Of a stretch of 27,067 nucleotides of DNA, positions 16,571-24,639 are shown piece by piece (position 1 is the first letter of the stretch; every line of letters begins with the position of its first letter). Location: IMG/VR virus record IMGVR_UViG_3300005805_006725, positions 1-27,067 of that record; one strand, 5' to 3'. The position numbers were made by a program, and so were the translations under genes. The DNA comes from a virus. Its lineage: Duplodnaviria; Caudoviricetes. The notes under the pieces are model-generated. The model made no database searches. It saw only the letters and a list, made by a program, of their open reading frames with translations, and had not been told where the DNA came from.

Positions 16571-19231
16571 AGTTCCTCCGTCAATAATAAAGTTTAATAG
16601 ATAAGTACTATTATTAATTCCACTAATAGAAGTGGAAGTATATGTGGGAGTAGTTCCACCGGCCGGACTAGTAGCATTAGTAGATCCACTTATACTAGCA
16701 ACATTAATTAGATTAGCACCAAAATTACCACTACTATCTCTAGCAACAATTGTTCCTGTTACAGAAGAAGCTGTTGCATTGCTGGTGATGGTGTATCCAA
16801 GTCCTTCTTCGCTATCGTTCGAAATGGTTAAGCCAGTACCCTGCACACTTACCGACTTAGTATACTGACCAGAAGTGTGGGTTCCTAGGGTTATGCCATT
16901 GTTAGCTATGCTAACTGTACCATTAGCATCCACATTAAAATTAGTACTACTAAATTTTGCTAAACCAATATCATTAACTGTTGCGATTGGTAATCTGCCT
17001 GATGTGGCGCTTGTTACTCGACCAGCACGATCAACACTGATATTATTAACAAAGTTATAACCACTAACAGGAGAACTAGCATTAATAGTAAATGCAGAAG
17101 AATGAACTGTTGGTAATATACCACTAGCTAATGTTCCACTACTTATATTATCAGCATATAAACCAGTGATACCTCCACCATATCCAACAAAACCTGTTGC
17201 TGTGATAGTTCCAGCAGTAAAACCGCCGTTAGTAGTATCTCTTAGTACTAAAGTGCCAGTACCACCAGCAGTACTACCAAGATCATTTCTTACATTTTGT
17301 AGCGTTCTACTCACAATAGATTGAGATGATGTTGCTGGATCAGAACCGCTAAATACAGGAAAATATGTTGTAGTATTGGCTGATGATGCGGCAACTATTG
17401 ATGTTATTCCGGAAGCGGTAGATCCATTTTCGAATATTGGAGTATTAGCAAAACTTTTAACACCACTAACTCTTTGAGACCCACTAGTATAAACAGTATT
17501 TTTGGTAGAAACTATACCAGCACTATCGAAAACAAAATGATTATCATTAAATAATGCAATACCGCTAGATGGAGTTGGGGCTGATGTTGTGGTAGCAACA
17601 GGCAACACTGCTCTATTAATCGTACCACTTAAATTGGCAGAATTTCTATAGTAACTACCGTGTTCGCCATCTAACAAATCAGAATTAAGGTTACTAACTA
17701 AATCTGTCGATGAAACAACTATAGGAGCGGTGCCATTGGACACTGTTGATGTTAATACTGTTCCACTAACTCTGCCAGAACTAAATAATCCTCCGACATT
17801 TAGATTACCAACAGATCCACCAGAATATATTCCGCTAGTATTAGTCGCTCCTGTAAGGAATGTAAATGCATTAGCGCTATGATCATACCCAAAAAATCCT
17901 GTGATCGGTACAGTATTACCATTTTGATAAACAAATTCTATACCTCTATCTTTAGTATCTGTACTCGCAAGAGTGCCAGATGTGGCACCTACTCTAATTG
18001 TAGGATCTTCAACTTCTATGGTTGATACATTAGTAACTATTGTATCTCCATTAACTATAAGATTACCTTCAACAACTAAATTTGTACCAATATTAATGCC
18101 GCTAGTAACTGACAAACTATCGATGCTAACAACCGGATTCAAACCAACAGACGGATTGTTGCCAGCACCATTTCCATTACCAATCAAAATATTATTTCCA
18201 CTAGAACTAATAGTACGAGTGGTAAAATTACCATCAGAAGTTCTAGCAATCAATCCGCTTTGACTATAATTATGTAATGCGAGCGCTTGTCCAGTTAGTT
18301 GAACATTTAGACTATTTTGTCCAATATTATAGGCTAGAGTAACGCCGCTAGATGCTGTAAGACTAGTAGTTACACAACTTGATACTCCATCACAAAAATC
18401 AGTAATATCAGAGTATACGTGTTGATGTCCGCTTAAACTAACAGGAGTATTATTAACTTTGGGAGTAGTATTAAAATTAGTTTGTCCACCAATATTAACA
18501 CTAGAGCCTGAAATATTAATTGGGCCACCAACACCTAATCCAGCATAATCTCCATTTGCTTCTACTAGTGGATCAGCTATAAGACTAATCCCAGAAGATC
18601 TAACATATGTTGTACCACTAGGAGCAGTAATATAAGCATTACCTCTTTTCGCTGTCATACCAACATTAGTAGACGCCTCCATGAATAAAGTGGACATTTT
18701 AAATGTGCCACTAAAATTCACATCCTGAGAACCATCTAGCACTAAATTTTTAACAGTTATCTGATCAAAAGATCCTGTTGTAGCGGTTAATTGAAAACCA
18801 CTTATACTAGAATTATTATTAAGAGCGTATATGCTTGATATTCCGGTTAATGATGAAGATAACCCAATAGTTGGATTACCAGCAGACAGTCCGCTAGGAT
18901 TAGTAATAACTATATTGTTTCCTGACGATAATCCTCCAACTTTAAATGTATCTTGTGTTGATCCTGTTCTAAAAAGCATACCACTGCCAGAAAACAAATC
19001 ATTAGCAGCAGTTGCTCCCACCTCCACCCATTGTCTGCTAGAATTCAACAAATAAGCTTTGTTTGTTTGTAAATCAGCAACAATCATACCAGTATAAGCT
19101 AATCCACTAGTAGCGGCATCAACCAGATAACCTGTTCTAGCAAGTGTGGTTGCAAATACAAAATCTCTATCAATGGGCACGCCAAATTGTCTAGTAAATT
19201 GAGCTGAAAGATTAATAGGTGAAGCGGGCAT
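16565..19231 (-). CDS. Long fibre-like virion protein
   Basis: 888 aa, S/T/G-rich; GHQH module, VEDP..DRGIEF, NSDLLDG and IVARDSSGNF motifs; C-terminal IDGGTP. Confidence 0.8.
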   Translation of the reverse strand: MPASPINLSAQFTRQFGVPIDRDFVFATTLARTGYLVDAATSGLAYTGMIVADLQTNKAYLLNSSRQWVEVGATAANDLFSGSGMLFRTGSTQDTFKVGGLSSGNNIVITNPSGLSAGNPTIGLSSSLTGISSIYALNNNSSISGFQLTATTGSFDQITVKNLVLDGSQDVNFSGTFKMSTLFMEASTNVGMTAKRGNAYITAPSGTTYVRSSGISLIADPLVEANGDYAGLGVGGPINISGSSVNIGGQTNFNTTPKVNNTPVSLSGHQHVYSDITDFCDGVSSCVTTSLTASSGVTLAYNIGQNSLNVQLTGQALALHNYSQSGLIARTSDGNFTTRTISSSGNNILIGNGNGAGNNPSVGLNPVVSIDSLSVTSGINIGTNLVVEGNLIVNGDTIVTNVSTIEVEDPTIRVGATSGTLASTDTKDRGIEFVYQNGNTVPITGFFGYDHSANAFTFLTGATNTSGIYSGGSVGNLNVGGLFSSGRVSGTVLTSTVSNGTAPIVVSSTDLVSNLNSDLLDGEHGSYYRNSANLSGTINRAVLPVATTTSAPTPSSGIALFNDNHFVFDSAGIVSTKNTVYTSGSQRVSGVKSFANTPIFENGSTASGITSIVAASSANTTTYFPVFSGSDPATSSQSIVSRTLQNVRNDLGSTAGGTGTLVLRDTTNGGFTAGTITATGFVGYGGGITGLYADNISSGTLASGILPTVHSSAFTINASSPVSGYNFVNNISVDRAGRVTSATSGRLPIATVNDIGLAKFSSTNFNVDANGTVSIANNGITLGTHTSGQYTKSVSVQGTGLTISNDSEEGLGYTITSNATASSVTGTIVARDSSGNFGANLINVASISGSTNATSPAGGTTPTYTSTSISGINNSTYLLNFIIDGGTP

Positions 19232-19255
19232 GGGCTGTCCTTTTAGTTGTAGGTA

Positions 19256-20671
19256 TTAATTATTTAATTTAATAGTATATGTTGACGAATTGGTTGATGG
19301 GGCATCATTTACATAAACCCAAACCTTGTATACAATAGGATTATAGTTATTAGCACCTCCAACAGTTACAGAAACAGGATTAAAACTAGATGTAATATCT
19401 TGATTAGAATTAGTTTTATCTAAAACTTGAAAATTACCATTAGCAACAGAAGCATAAGTTGAGCCAGAAGGTACTGCTACGATAATCTCTCTAGTTCCTA
19501 CCGATGCTACCAAATCAAAAGTTGTTGATGATGATGGATTTAATATCGTATTTGTTAATCCTCTTATAGTTCCACTAGTGGGTGGATTAACAACATTCGA
19601 TAAAGATCCATAAAATAAATTGCGTCTTCCATTGATAGTTGCAGTATTTGTAATCTCTGGTCCTGGAGGAGCGGCAGATAACTGAGTTAATACAGTTGAA
19701 TTATTACCCAAACTATTTTTGGGAACTATACCTGTTGCGTGTTGTACCGATATACTGAATGATGATGTTCCGTCAGCTATTATATAATTTGATTTTGTAA
19801 GACTGTTAATAAGACCCATATCGGTACCATCAATAGTATACTTAGTAGCCGCTCCGGCTCTTACTCCCTGATTACCGTTTGCTACCCAACCAGCACCAAT
19901 ACCAGTACCTCTGACTATACCTTGATTAAAGTTAGCACTGATAGTTAAATTAGTTGTGGTACCGGCTTCCACACTAGAACCATTTGAATAAGGACTTAAT
20001 CCAGGACTAACTGATGGTGCCGTACCGACAGTAGGCTCATAAATGGTTTCTAATAATTGCTTTAATATAGACGTTATGCCACTAGCTGTTGTAAATTGAT
20101 CTCCAACTTTGATACCTCCAATAGCAGCAGTAGCCGTAATGCTATCAGTTAGATTTCGTATATCTATTCCGTTTTGAGTAACAGTTCCTCCGCCAGGATT
20201 CAAACTGATAGTACTATTATTAACTCCACTAATACTAATACCACTTGTTGATGAAGAAATTAAATTATCAGAAATACTAATATTACTATCATGAAAATTT
20301 TCTAATTTTGTACTAATACTTATTTTATAACCGGAACCTTGAGCACCAGAAACCAATTCGCTGAGAGGAAACGTCTCAAAATTTATTCCTTGTTGGCCAG
20401 CTATTCCTGTTATAACGCTATATAACGTATAAGCGTTTTGGGATTGATTAAAAACTAAACCTACCCCTGTTTCAGAGATAAGAGCACTTCCTCCGGCGTA
20501 TGGCAGATCATTCCATGCGTTACTAACTCCGCTCTTACCGATCTTAAAACGTCCAGTATCAACTTCATAACCTATTTCACCGACTAGCAATACTGCTGTA
20601 CCAGCATTACTGAGATCAGCCCATTCTGCTGCTGTGCCTCTTCTTAAAAGAATTTTTGTATTTCTTGGCAT
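19256..20671 (-). CDS. Virion protein with an Mtd_N/hyaluronidase-like N-terminal domain
   Basis: 471 aa; ILLRRGTAAEW...GEIGYEVDTGRFKIG...WNDLPY. Confidence 0.8.
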   Translation of the reverse strand: MPRNTKILLRRGTAAEWADLSNAGTAVLLVGEIGYEVDTGRFKIGKSGVSNAWNDLPYAGGSALISETGVGLVFNQSQNAYTLYSVITGIAGQQGINFETFPLSELVSGAQGSGYKISISTKLENFHDSNISISDNLISSSTSGISISGVNNSTISLNPGGGTVTQNGIDIRNLTDSITATAAIGGIKVGDQFTTASGITSILKQLLETIYEPTVGTAPSVSPGLSPYSNGSSVEAGTTTNLTISANFNQGIVRGTGIGAGWVANGNQGVRAGAATKYTIDGTDMGLINSLTKSNYIIADGTSSFSISVQHATGIVPKNSLGNNSTVLTQLSAAPPGPEITNTATINGRRNLFYGSLSNVVNPPTSGTIRGLTNTILNPSSSTTFDLVASVGTREIIVAVPSGSTYASVANGNFQVLDKTNSNQDITSSFNPVSVTVGGANNYNPIVYKVWVYVNDAPSTNSSTYTIKLNN

Positions 20672-20687
20672 AATTTATAAACCTTTA

Positions 20688-21047
20688 TTAGCTAGTACTA
20701 TTTGGATTGCCACAGTCAAAATGATATTGGTCTAGATAGCCGCTAAGACCCGTATTACTAATACCCCAAATTAGATTATCAACATGAATATTTCCATCGA
20801 TAATAAAATCATCTAAATATTCTTGCAAACCAGATATTCTATCAACCGGCCAAAATCCACTAATTTTGCTTACTGGTATATTATCTGGTAAATCACTAAT
20901 AAGTATTTTTTCAGTATTAATTATTTCTATATTAAAACTGTCTGATCTTTCAATTTCTATATTATTACAATAGTCTACAAAAGATGTTTCGATTTCTAGT
21001 ATATTTCTAACAGGATCGGTGATTTCGATTATAAATTGATCATTCAT
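20688..21047 (-). CDS. Acidic hypothetical connector protein
   Basis: 119 aa, ATGA-coupled to the upstream gene; ends FDCGNP. Confidence 0.7.
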   Translation of the reverse strand: MNDQFIIEITDPVRNILEIETSFVDYCNNIEIERSDSFNIEIINTEKILISDLPDNIPVSKISGFWPVDRISGLQEYLDDFIIDGNIHVDNLIWGISNTGLSGYLDQYHFDCGNPNSTS

Positions 21048-21448
21048 AGATTACAATCCAAAGCGCTACTACTAGAGCTATGTCTATGAACAATATTAAT
21101 TGTTCCATATAATAATCTTGTTGTATATTTGCCTCCACCATCATATAAATCGTCTGGACTTTGTAATTCTAAATCATACTGAGCCAACTTAAAATTAAAT
21201 CCATTAGTAATATGAGCGGGAATCATAAGTGTTAATTTCCCTGCTTGTCCATCTATAATGAACTTATAATCAATATAATCAGTATATGTTGTTGTAAAAA
21301 CTTTTGTTTGATTTGTATTCGTTTTAAATATTAATCTAGCACACCAATTAGTAATATCTATAGGATTATTATCATTATCTTTATAAATTAAGCTAAATTT
21401 AAAAGAAGTACCCTGCTCGATAGTAAAATCATACTTACTTGCTGCCAT
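21044..21448 (-). CDS. BppU-like Ig-fold adaptor protein
   Basis: 134 aa; DFTIEQGTSF...PIDIT...YDLEL...RLLYGTI. Confidence 0.65.
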   Translation of the reverse strand: MAASKYDFTIEQGTSFKFSLIYKDNDNNPIDITNWCARLIFKTNTNQTKVFTTTYTDYIDYKFIIDGQAGKLTLMIPAHITNGFNFKLAQYDLELQSPDDLYDGGGKYTTRLLYGTINIVHRHSSSSSALDCNL

Positions 21449-21488
21449 ATTGTATCCTATATGCGTAAAAGTTATAGGTTATACCATT

Positions 21489-21498
21489 ATTATACACC
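21489..21498 (-). promoter_or_regulatory. RGTGTA motif, GGTGTATAAT
   Basis: Immediately after the capsid terminator and 44 nt upstream of the 21448 start; contains a perfect TATAAT. Confidence 0.65.
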
Positions 21499-21499
21499 T

Positions 21500-21530
21500 A
21501 AAGAAAAAAGCCGACCTTGTGGGCCGGCTT
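21500..21530 (-). terminator. Rho-independent terminator after the major capsid gene
   Basis: AAGCCGGCC-CACAA-GGTCGGCTT hairpin followed by TTTTCTTT. Confidence 0.9.
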
Positions 21531-21561
21531 AGTTCTGTGAGTGTGTAAAACAGTTTTGCGA

Positions 21562-22584
21562 TCAGAGAGATCCGAGCACAACTCTACGATTATCGAGAAC
21601 AGCAAAACCTTGTTCTGCCCATCCGTAGAAACCGGCTCTCTTTTGGCGATGAAGCGATTCATCTTCAAAGATCTGAACCTGTTCACGAACTGGCATAATA
21701 AAGCTATCTCTCTTACGAAGATCCAAACCAACTACGATCTCGGTATCGTTACCGGTACCGCCAGTTGGCAAGGTTCCGTTTAGAGTATTAGAATAGAACA
21801 ACTGATATTGTTGTCCCACACCAAGCTCATCAAGGTCATGGAGGTTGACACCGAATACTCTATTAAGAGTACCATCGGCAGCGGTATAGATTTCTCGACG
21901 AGTAATTTCGTCAACTTGATCGATACCCCAATTACGAATATCTTCCATGGCTTCTGGTGAAACATAAAGATCTGTTAGTAAACCACGATTATTACTAGCA
22001 GAGTTACCTCCACCATTTCTACGCATTACTGTCTTCATCAAACTTACCAATCTCTTGGTAAATTGACTAGGAGCAGCATCACTGTCATAAACTATGATGT
22101 TACGGTCAACACCAGCAGCAAGAATGGTGTGCCATCCATCATCATTCATCTTTTTAACAAAACTACCTTCAAGAACTTCCATGGCGCGACCAACAACATC
22201 CCAGCGAGCATCACGAGCATACTTTAACAAGTAGTCGATGCTTGAGCCGATGCTAAAGGTTGGAACCATGACATAATCACTCTCAACATGCTTCTCAGGA
22301 ACATATCCATGATTAGGCAGTGTATAGGCGACGAAGTCTTTTTCTGTTCCAGGAGCTAGGAAATCGAGTGGAAACTCCGGTGTGGCACCTTGTTGAAGCT
22401 GAATTGGTTCAAAGATGCCATCTAGAATATCACCACTAAGAAGACCTTTTCTCAATGGAAGCTCTAGTGCTTTAGCAATTTCTGCATTAGCGGCTAGAGA
22501 AACCTCTCTATTTGCTGAACCAGAACGAACTAAAAGTTCGGTAAGTTCTGGTGTTGGCTGAAACTTTTCTGTGTTAGCTGACAT
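21562..22584 (-). CDS. Major capsid protein (HK97 fold)
   Basis: Start MSANTEKF with AGGGAG RBS, 340 aa. Follows the portal, protease and decoration genes and precedes a strong terminator; ends GFYGWAEQGFAVLDNRRV. Confidence 0.85.
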   Translation of the reverse strand: MSANTEKFQPTPELTELLVRSGSANREVSLAANAEIAKALELPLRKGLLSGDILDGIFEPIQLQQGATPEFPLDFLAPGTEKDFVAYTLPNHGYVPEKHVESDYVMVPTFSIGSSIDYLLKYARDARWDVVGRAMEVLEGSFVKKMNDDGWHTILAAGVDRNIIVYDSDAAPSQFTKRLVSLMKTVMRRNGGGNSASNNRGLLTDLYVSPEAMEDIRNWGIDQVDEITRREIYTAADGTLNRVFGVNLHDLDELGVGQQYQLFYSNTLNGTLPTGGTGNDTEIVVGLDLRKRDSFIMPVREQVQIFEDESLHRQKRAGFYGWAEQGFAVLDNRRVVLGSL

Positions 22585-22609
22585 TTTTTTCTCCCTGTGA
22601 TGAAAATTA

Positions 22610-23065
22610 TTATAGGTTGACTGATACTTTGGCGTAACCGTCGGCATCTTTACTACTCAAAAATTGACCAACTTTAGCACCAGCATTGCTTGTGGTTACC
22701 AAGCCGCTAGCACCAACATAAGCAGAATCGCCAGCGGCTGGAGTGTCACCAGCAGCTATTTGATTAGTTGTAACCTGACCATTACGTAGTAAGGTTACTT
22801 TTCCGCCTTTTTGAACTTCATCTCTGTACCAATTGATGTGCTGACGAGTCAAGTCATAGTCAACAACATCATTTAACAAGACGCCTACTGGCTTAGAGCC
22901 CGAAGCAACAGCGACATAAGCTACAACAGCATTGGCATCATCCATAGATACTCCAACGCCACTGGTGGCTGTAACAACTGATGCAACACCGCCTCTTTCT
23001 GCGACTGTATTCATGAAAAATGATACGTCTGTAAGTAATTCGATACGATCTGGTTTAAGAGCCAT
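22610..23065 (-). CDS. Head decoration / capsid cement protein
   Basis: 151 aa, Gly/Ala/Val-rich (PAAGDSAYVGASGLVT..VGQFLS); lies between the scaffold and capsid genes. Confidence 0.7.
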   Translation of the reverse strand: MALKPDRIELLTDVSFFMNTVAERGGVASVVTATSGVGVSMDDANAVVAYVAVASGSKPVGVLLNDVVDYDLTRQHINWYRDEVQKGGKVTLLRNGQVTTNQIAAGDTPAAGDSAYVGASGLVTTSNAGAKVGQFLSSKDADGYAKVSVNL

Positions 23066-23080
23066 TTTGTTCTCCCTATA

Positions 23081-23788
23081 TTATAGTTTTTTACCTAGTC
23101 TGCTATAAACAAATTCTACGAGCGCTGCACGAGTTGTGTCGATGGAGTTTTCTGTTTCTCCACCAACGCCAAGATTTACTTCATTCGCAACTTCTGCTGT
23201 TTCCAAAATCTCTGGATCAGCAGATGATTCTGTGGATTCTGTTGTGACAGATTCTTCTGTGGCAGCTTCCACTGTTTTGGTTTCAGTTGTTGCAGCTTCT
23301 TTTGTGTTGCAAGCTAGTAATGATGTTATAGCGTCAAAAGAATCGTCATCAAGAGCTTCAAATTTGTCAACAGTTGATGTGGCTGTTTCGGCACTAACAC
23401 CAACTCCGATTAAAGAAGCCATTCGCTTATTTTTCTTCTCGGTTTTCTTCATTTCTTCTTCTTTATTTTTATAAGCAGCAATAACCTCTTGAGCTTCTGT
23501 TAGTTCTGCTTTCATTTTATTCATCATCATAGCCATTTCTTCCTGTTGTTTTTTCATCATCTCTTCTTTTGCTGACCATTCTTTTTTCATGGTAGCCATT
23601 TCTTCTTCTTTTTTTGTTTTGAGAGTATCGTATGTTTGCTGAAGAGCATCGAGTTCTTGAGTTTTCATATTCATAGCGCTCTTTAGCTCATCCATATTCA
23701 TGGCGGATTGAGCATCTTGGACAGAGTTTTCTGTATTAACAGTTTCTGGTGTTACAGTCTCTTCGGATGCTTGTGTTTCTGAACTCAT
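23081..23788 (-). CDS. Putative nested in-frame scaffold protein (internal start)
   Basis: In-frame ATG (MSSETQ) preceded by GGAGAATAATATT and by an RGTGTA motif 39 nt upstream; 235 aa. Confidence 0.55.
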   Translation of the reverse strand: MSSETQASEETVTPETVNTENSVQDAQSAMNMDELKSAMNMKTQELDALQQTYDTLKTKKEEEMATMKKEWSAKEEMMKKQQEEMAMMMNKMKAELTEAQEVIAAYKNKEEEMKKTEKKNKRMASLIGVGVSAETATSTVDKFEALDDDSFDAITSLLACNTKEAATTETKTVEAATEESVTTESTESSADPEILETAEVANEVNLGVGGETENSIDTTRAALVEFVYSRLGKKL

Positions 23789-24625
23789 AATATTATTCTC
23801 CACTTTTTCATGTGATTGATTAGTAATTACACCTTTATTATCAAAAATCGTATTTTTTTCCAAATCTGAACTTGCTAAAGTTCCGTTAAAATTATTCTTA
23901 GTAAAAATTATGCTATCTGGATTAGCTGGTTTATTAACAAATCCTTTACCAGAAAATGTAATATTCCTTAATACTCTGCCTAGCTTATAATTCTCATGCT
24001 CGCCTGTTCCGCCATAAGCTCTAAGATATTTGGTCAAATAAGCAGTATCAGTATTACGAGCTAATACTTTATATTCATTAGTAGCTTTATTCAATAAGCC
24101 ATAATCAAAACCTTTAAATAAACATTCCATGCTAACATATTTAGATCCATTTTCAATTTCTGTTATTAGTTTTTCAGATCTATCTTTTAATGAGGGATTA
24201 GAAAAAGCCTTGTAAATAACTGATCCTGTTAATATATGGAATTTATCTGGTAAATTTTCTAAAGGAGTATTTTCATCTATAAGAATACCATCTTCTGTAA
24301 TTGGCCAGTTAGAAGTAATATGGCCTATAATAATACTTTCGTCATGTTCTAAATTGGTTGGTTTGTCTTCTGGAGTATTTCTGGCTAGCCACACTTCTTG
24401 ACTATCAAAAATATCATCATTTTTATTCCAATTAGAAGTAACTAAAATAGATTGTACATAATACAAATCTTGATCATTTAATGATGCTATACTTTTAATA
24501 TGCTTTAATGAGTTGACAATAGCTTGGTTTGTGCATGGTTCTGCTACAGAAGCGTATGATACCGAGGCTGATGTTGATACCAAGTCGGCTACGCCATCGT
24601 CATATTCTGCTTGAAAAATTTGCAT
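23081..24625 (-). CDS. Prohead protease-like domain fused to a coiled-coil scaffold
   Basis: 514 aa; N-terminal NKNDD.F...NLEH...IIGH...VSMEC...FSGKGFVNKPANP; C-terminal half is E/K/M-rich coiled coil. Confidence 0.75.
   Translation of the reverse strand: MQIFQAEYDDGVADLVSTSASVSYASVAEPCTNQAIVNSLKHIKSIASLNDQDLYYVQSILVTSNWNKNDDIFDSQEVWLARNTPEDKPTNLEHDESIIIGHITSNWPITEDGILIDENTPLENLPDKFHILTGSVIYKAFSNPSLKDRSEKLITEIENGSKYVSMECLFKGFDYGLLNKATNEYKVLARNTDTAYLTKYLRAYGGTGEHENYKLGRVLRNITFSGKGFVNKPANPDSIIFTKNNFNGTLASSDLEKNTIFDNKGVITNQSHEKVENNIMSSETQASEETVTPETVNTENSVQDAQSAMNMDELKSAMNMKTQELDALQQTYDTLKTKKEEEMATMKKEWSAKEEMMKKQQEEMAMMMNKMKAELTEAQEVIAAYKNKEEEMKKTEKKNKRMASLIGVGVSAETATSTVDKFEALDDDSFDAITSLLACNTKEAATTETKTVEAATEESVTTESTESSADPEILETAEVANEVNLGVGGETENSIDTTRAALVEFVYSRLGKKL
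23824..23833 (-). promoter_or_regulatory. RGTGTA motif, GGTGTAATTA (intragenic)
   Basis: Upstream of the internal start at 23788. Confidence 0.45.
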
Positions 24626-24639
24626 AATATTCTCCTATT

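Noticed and set aside
21498-21965. Alternative-frame ORFs 21498..21731 and 21780..21965 (also 8593..8949) as overlapping genes or capsid frameshift extensions
   Set aside because: No RBS and no clear slippery site; the first ORF runs through the terminator.
21562-23065. Mildly raised GC in the capsid and decoration genes as a second island
   Set aside because: Better explained by codon bias and amino-acid composition of highly expressed core genes in normal synteny.
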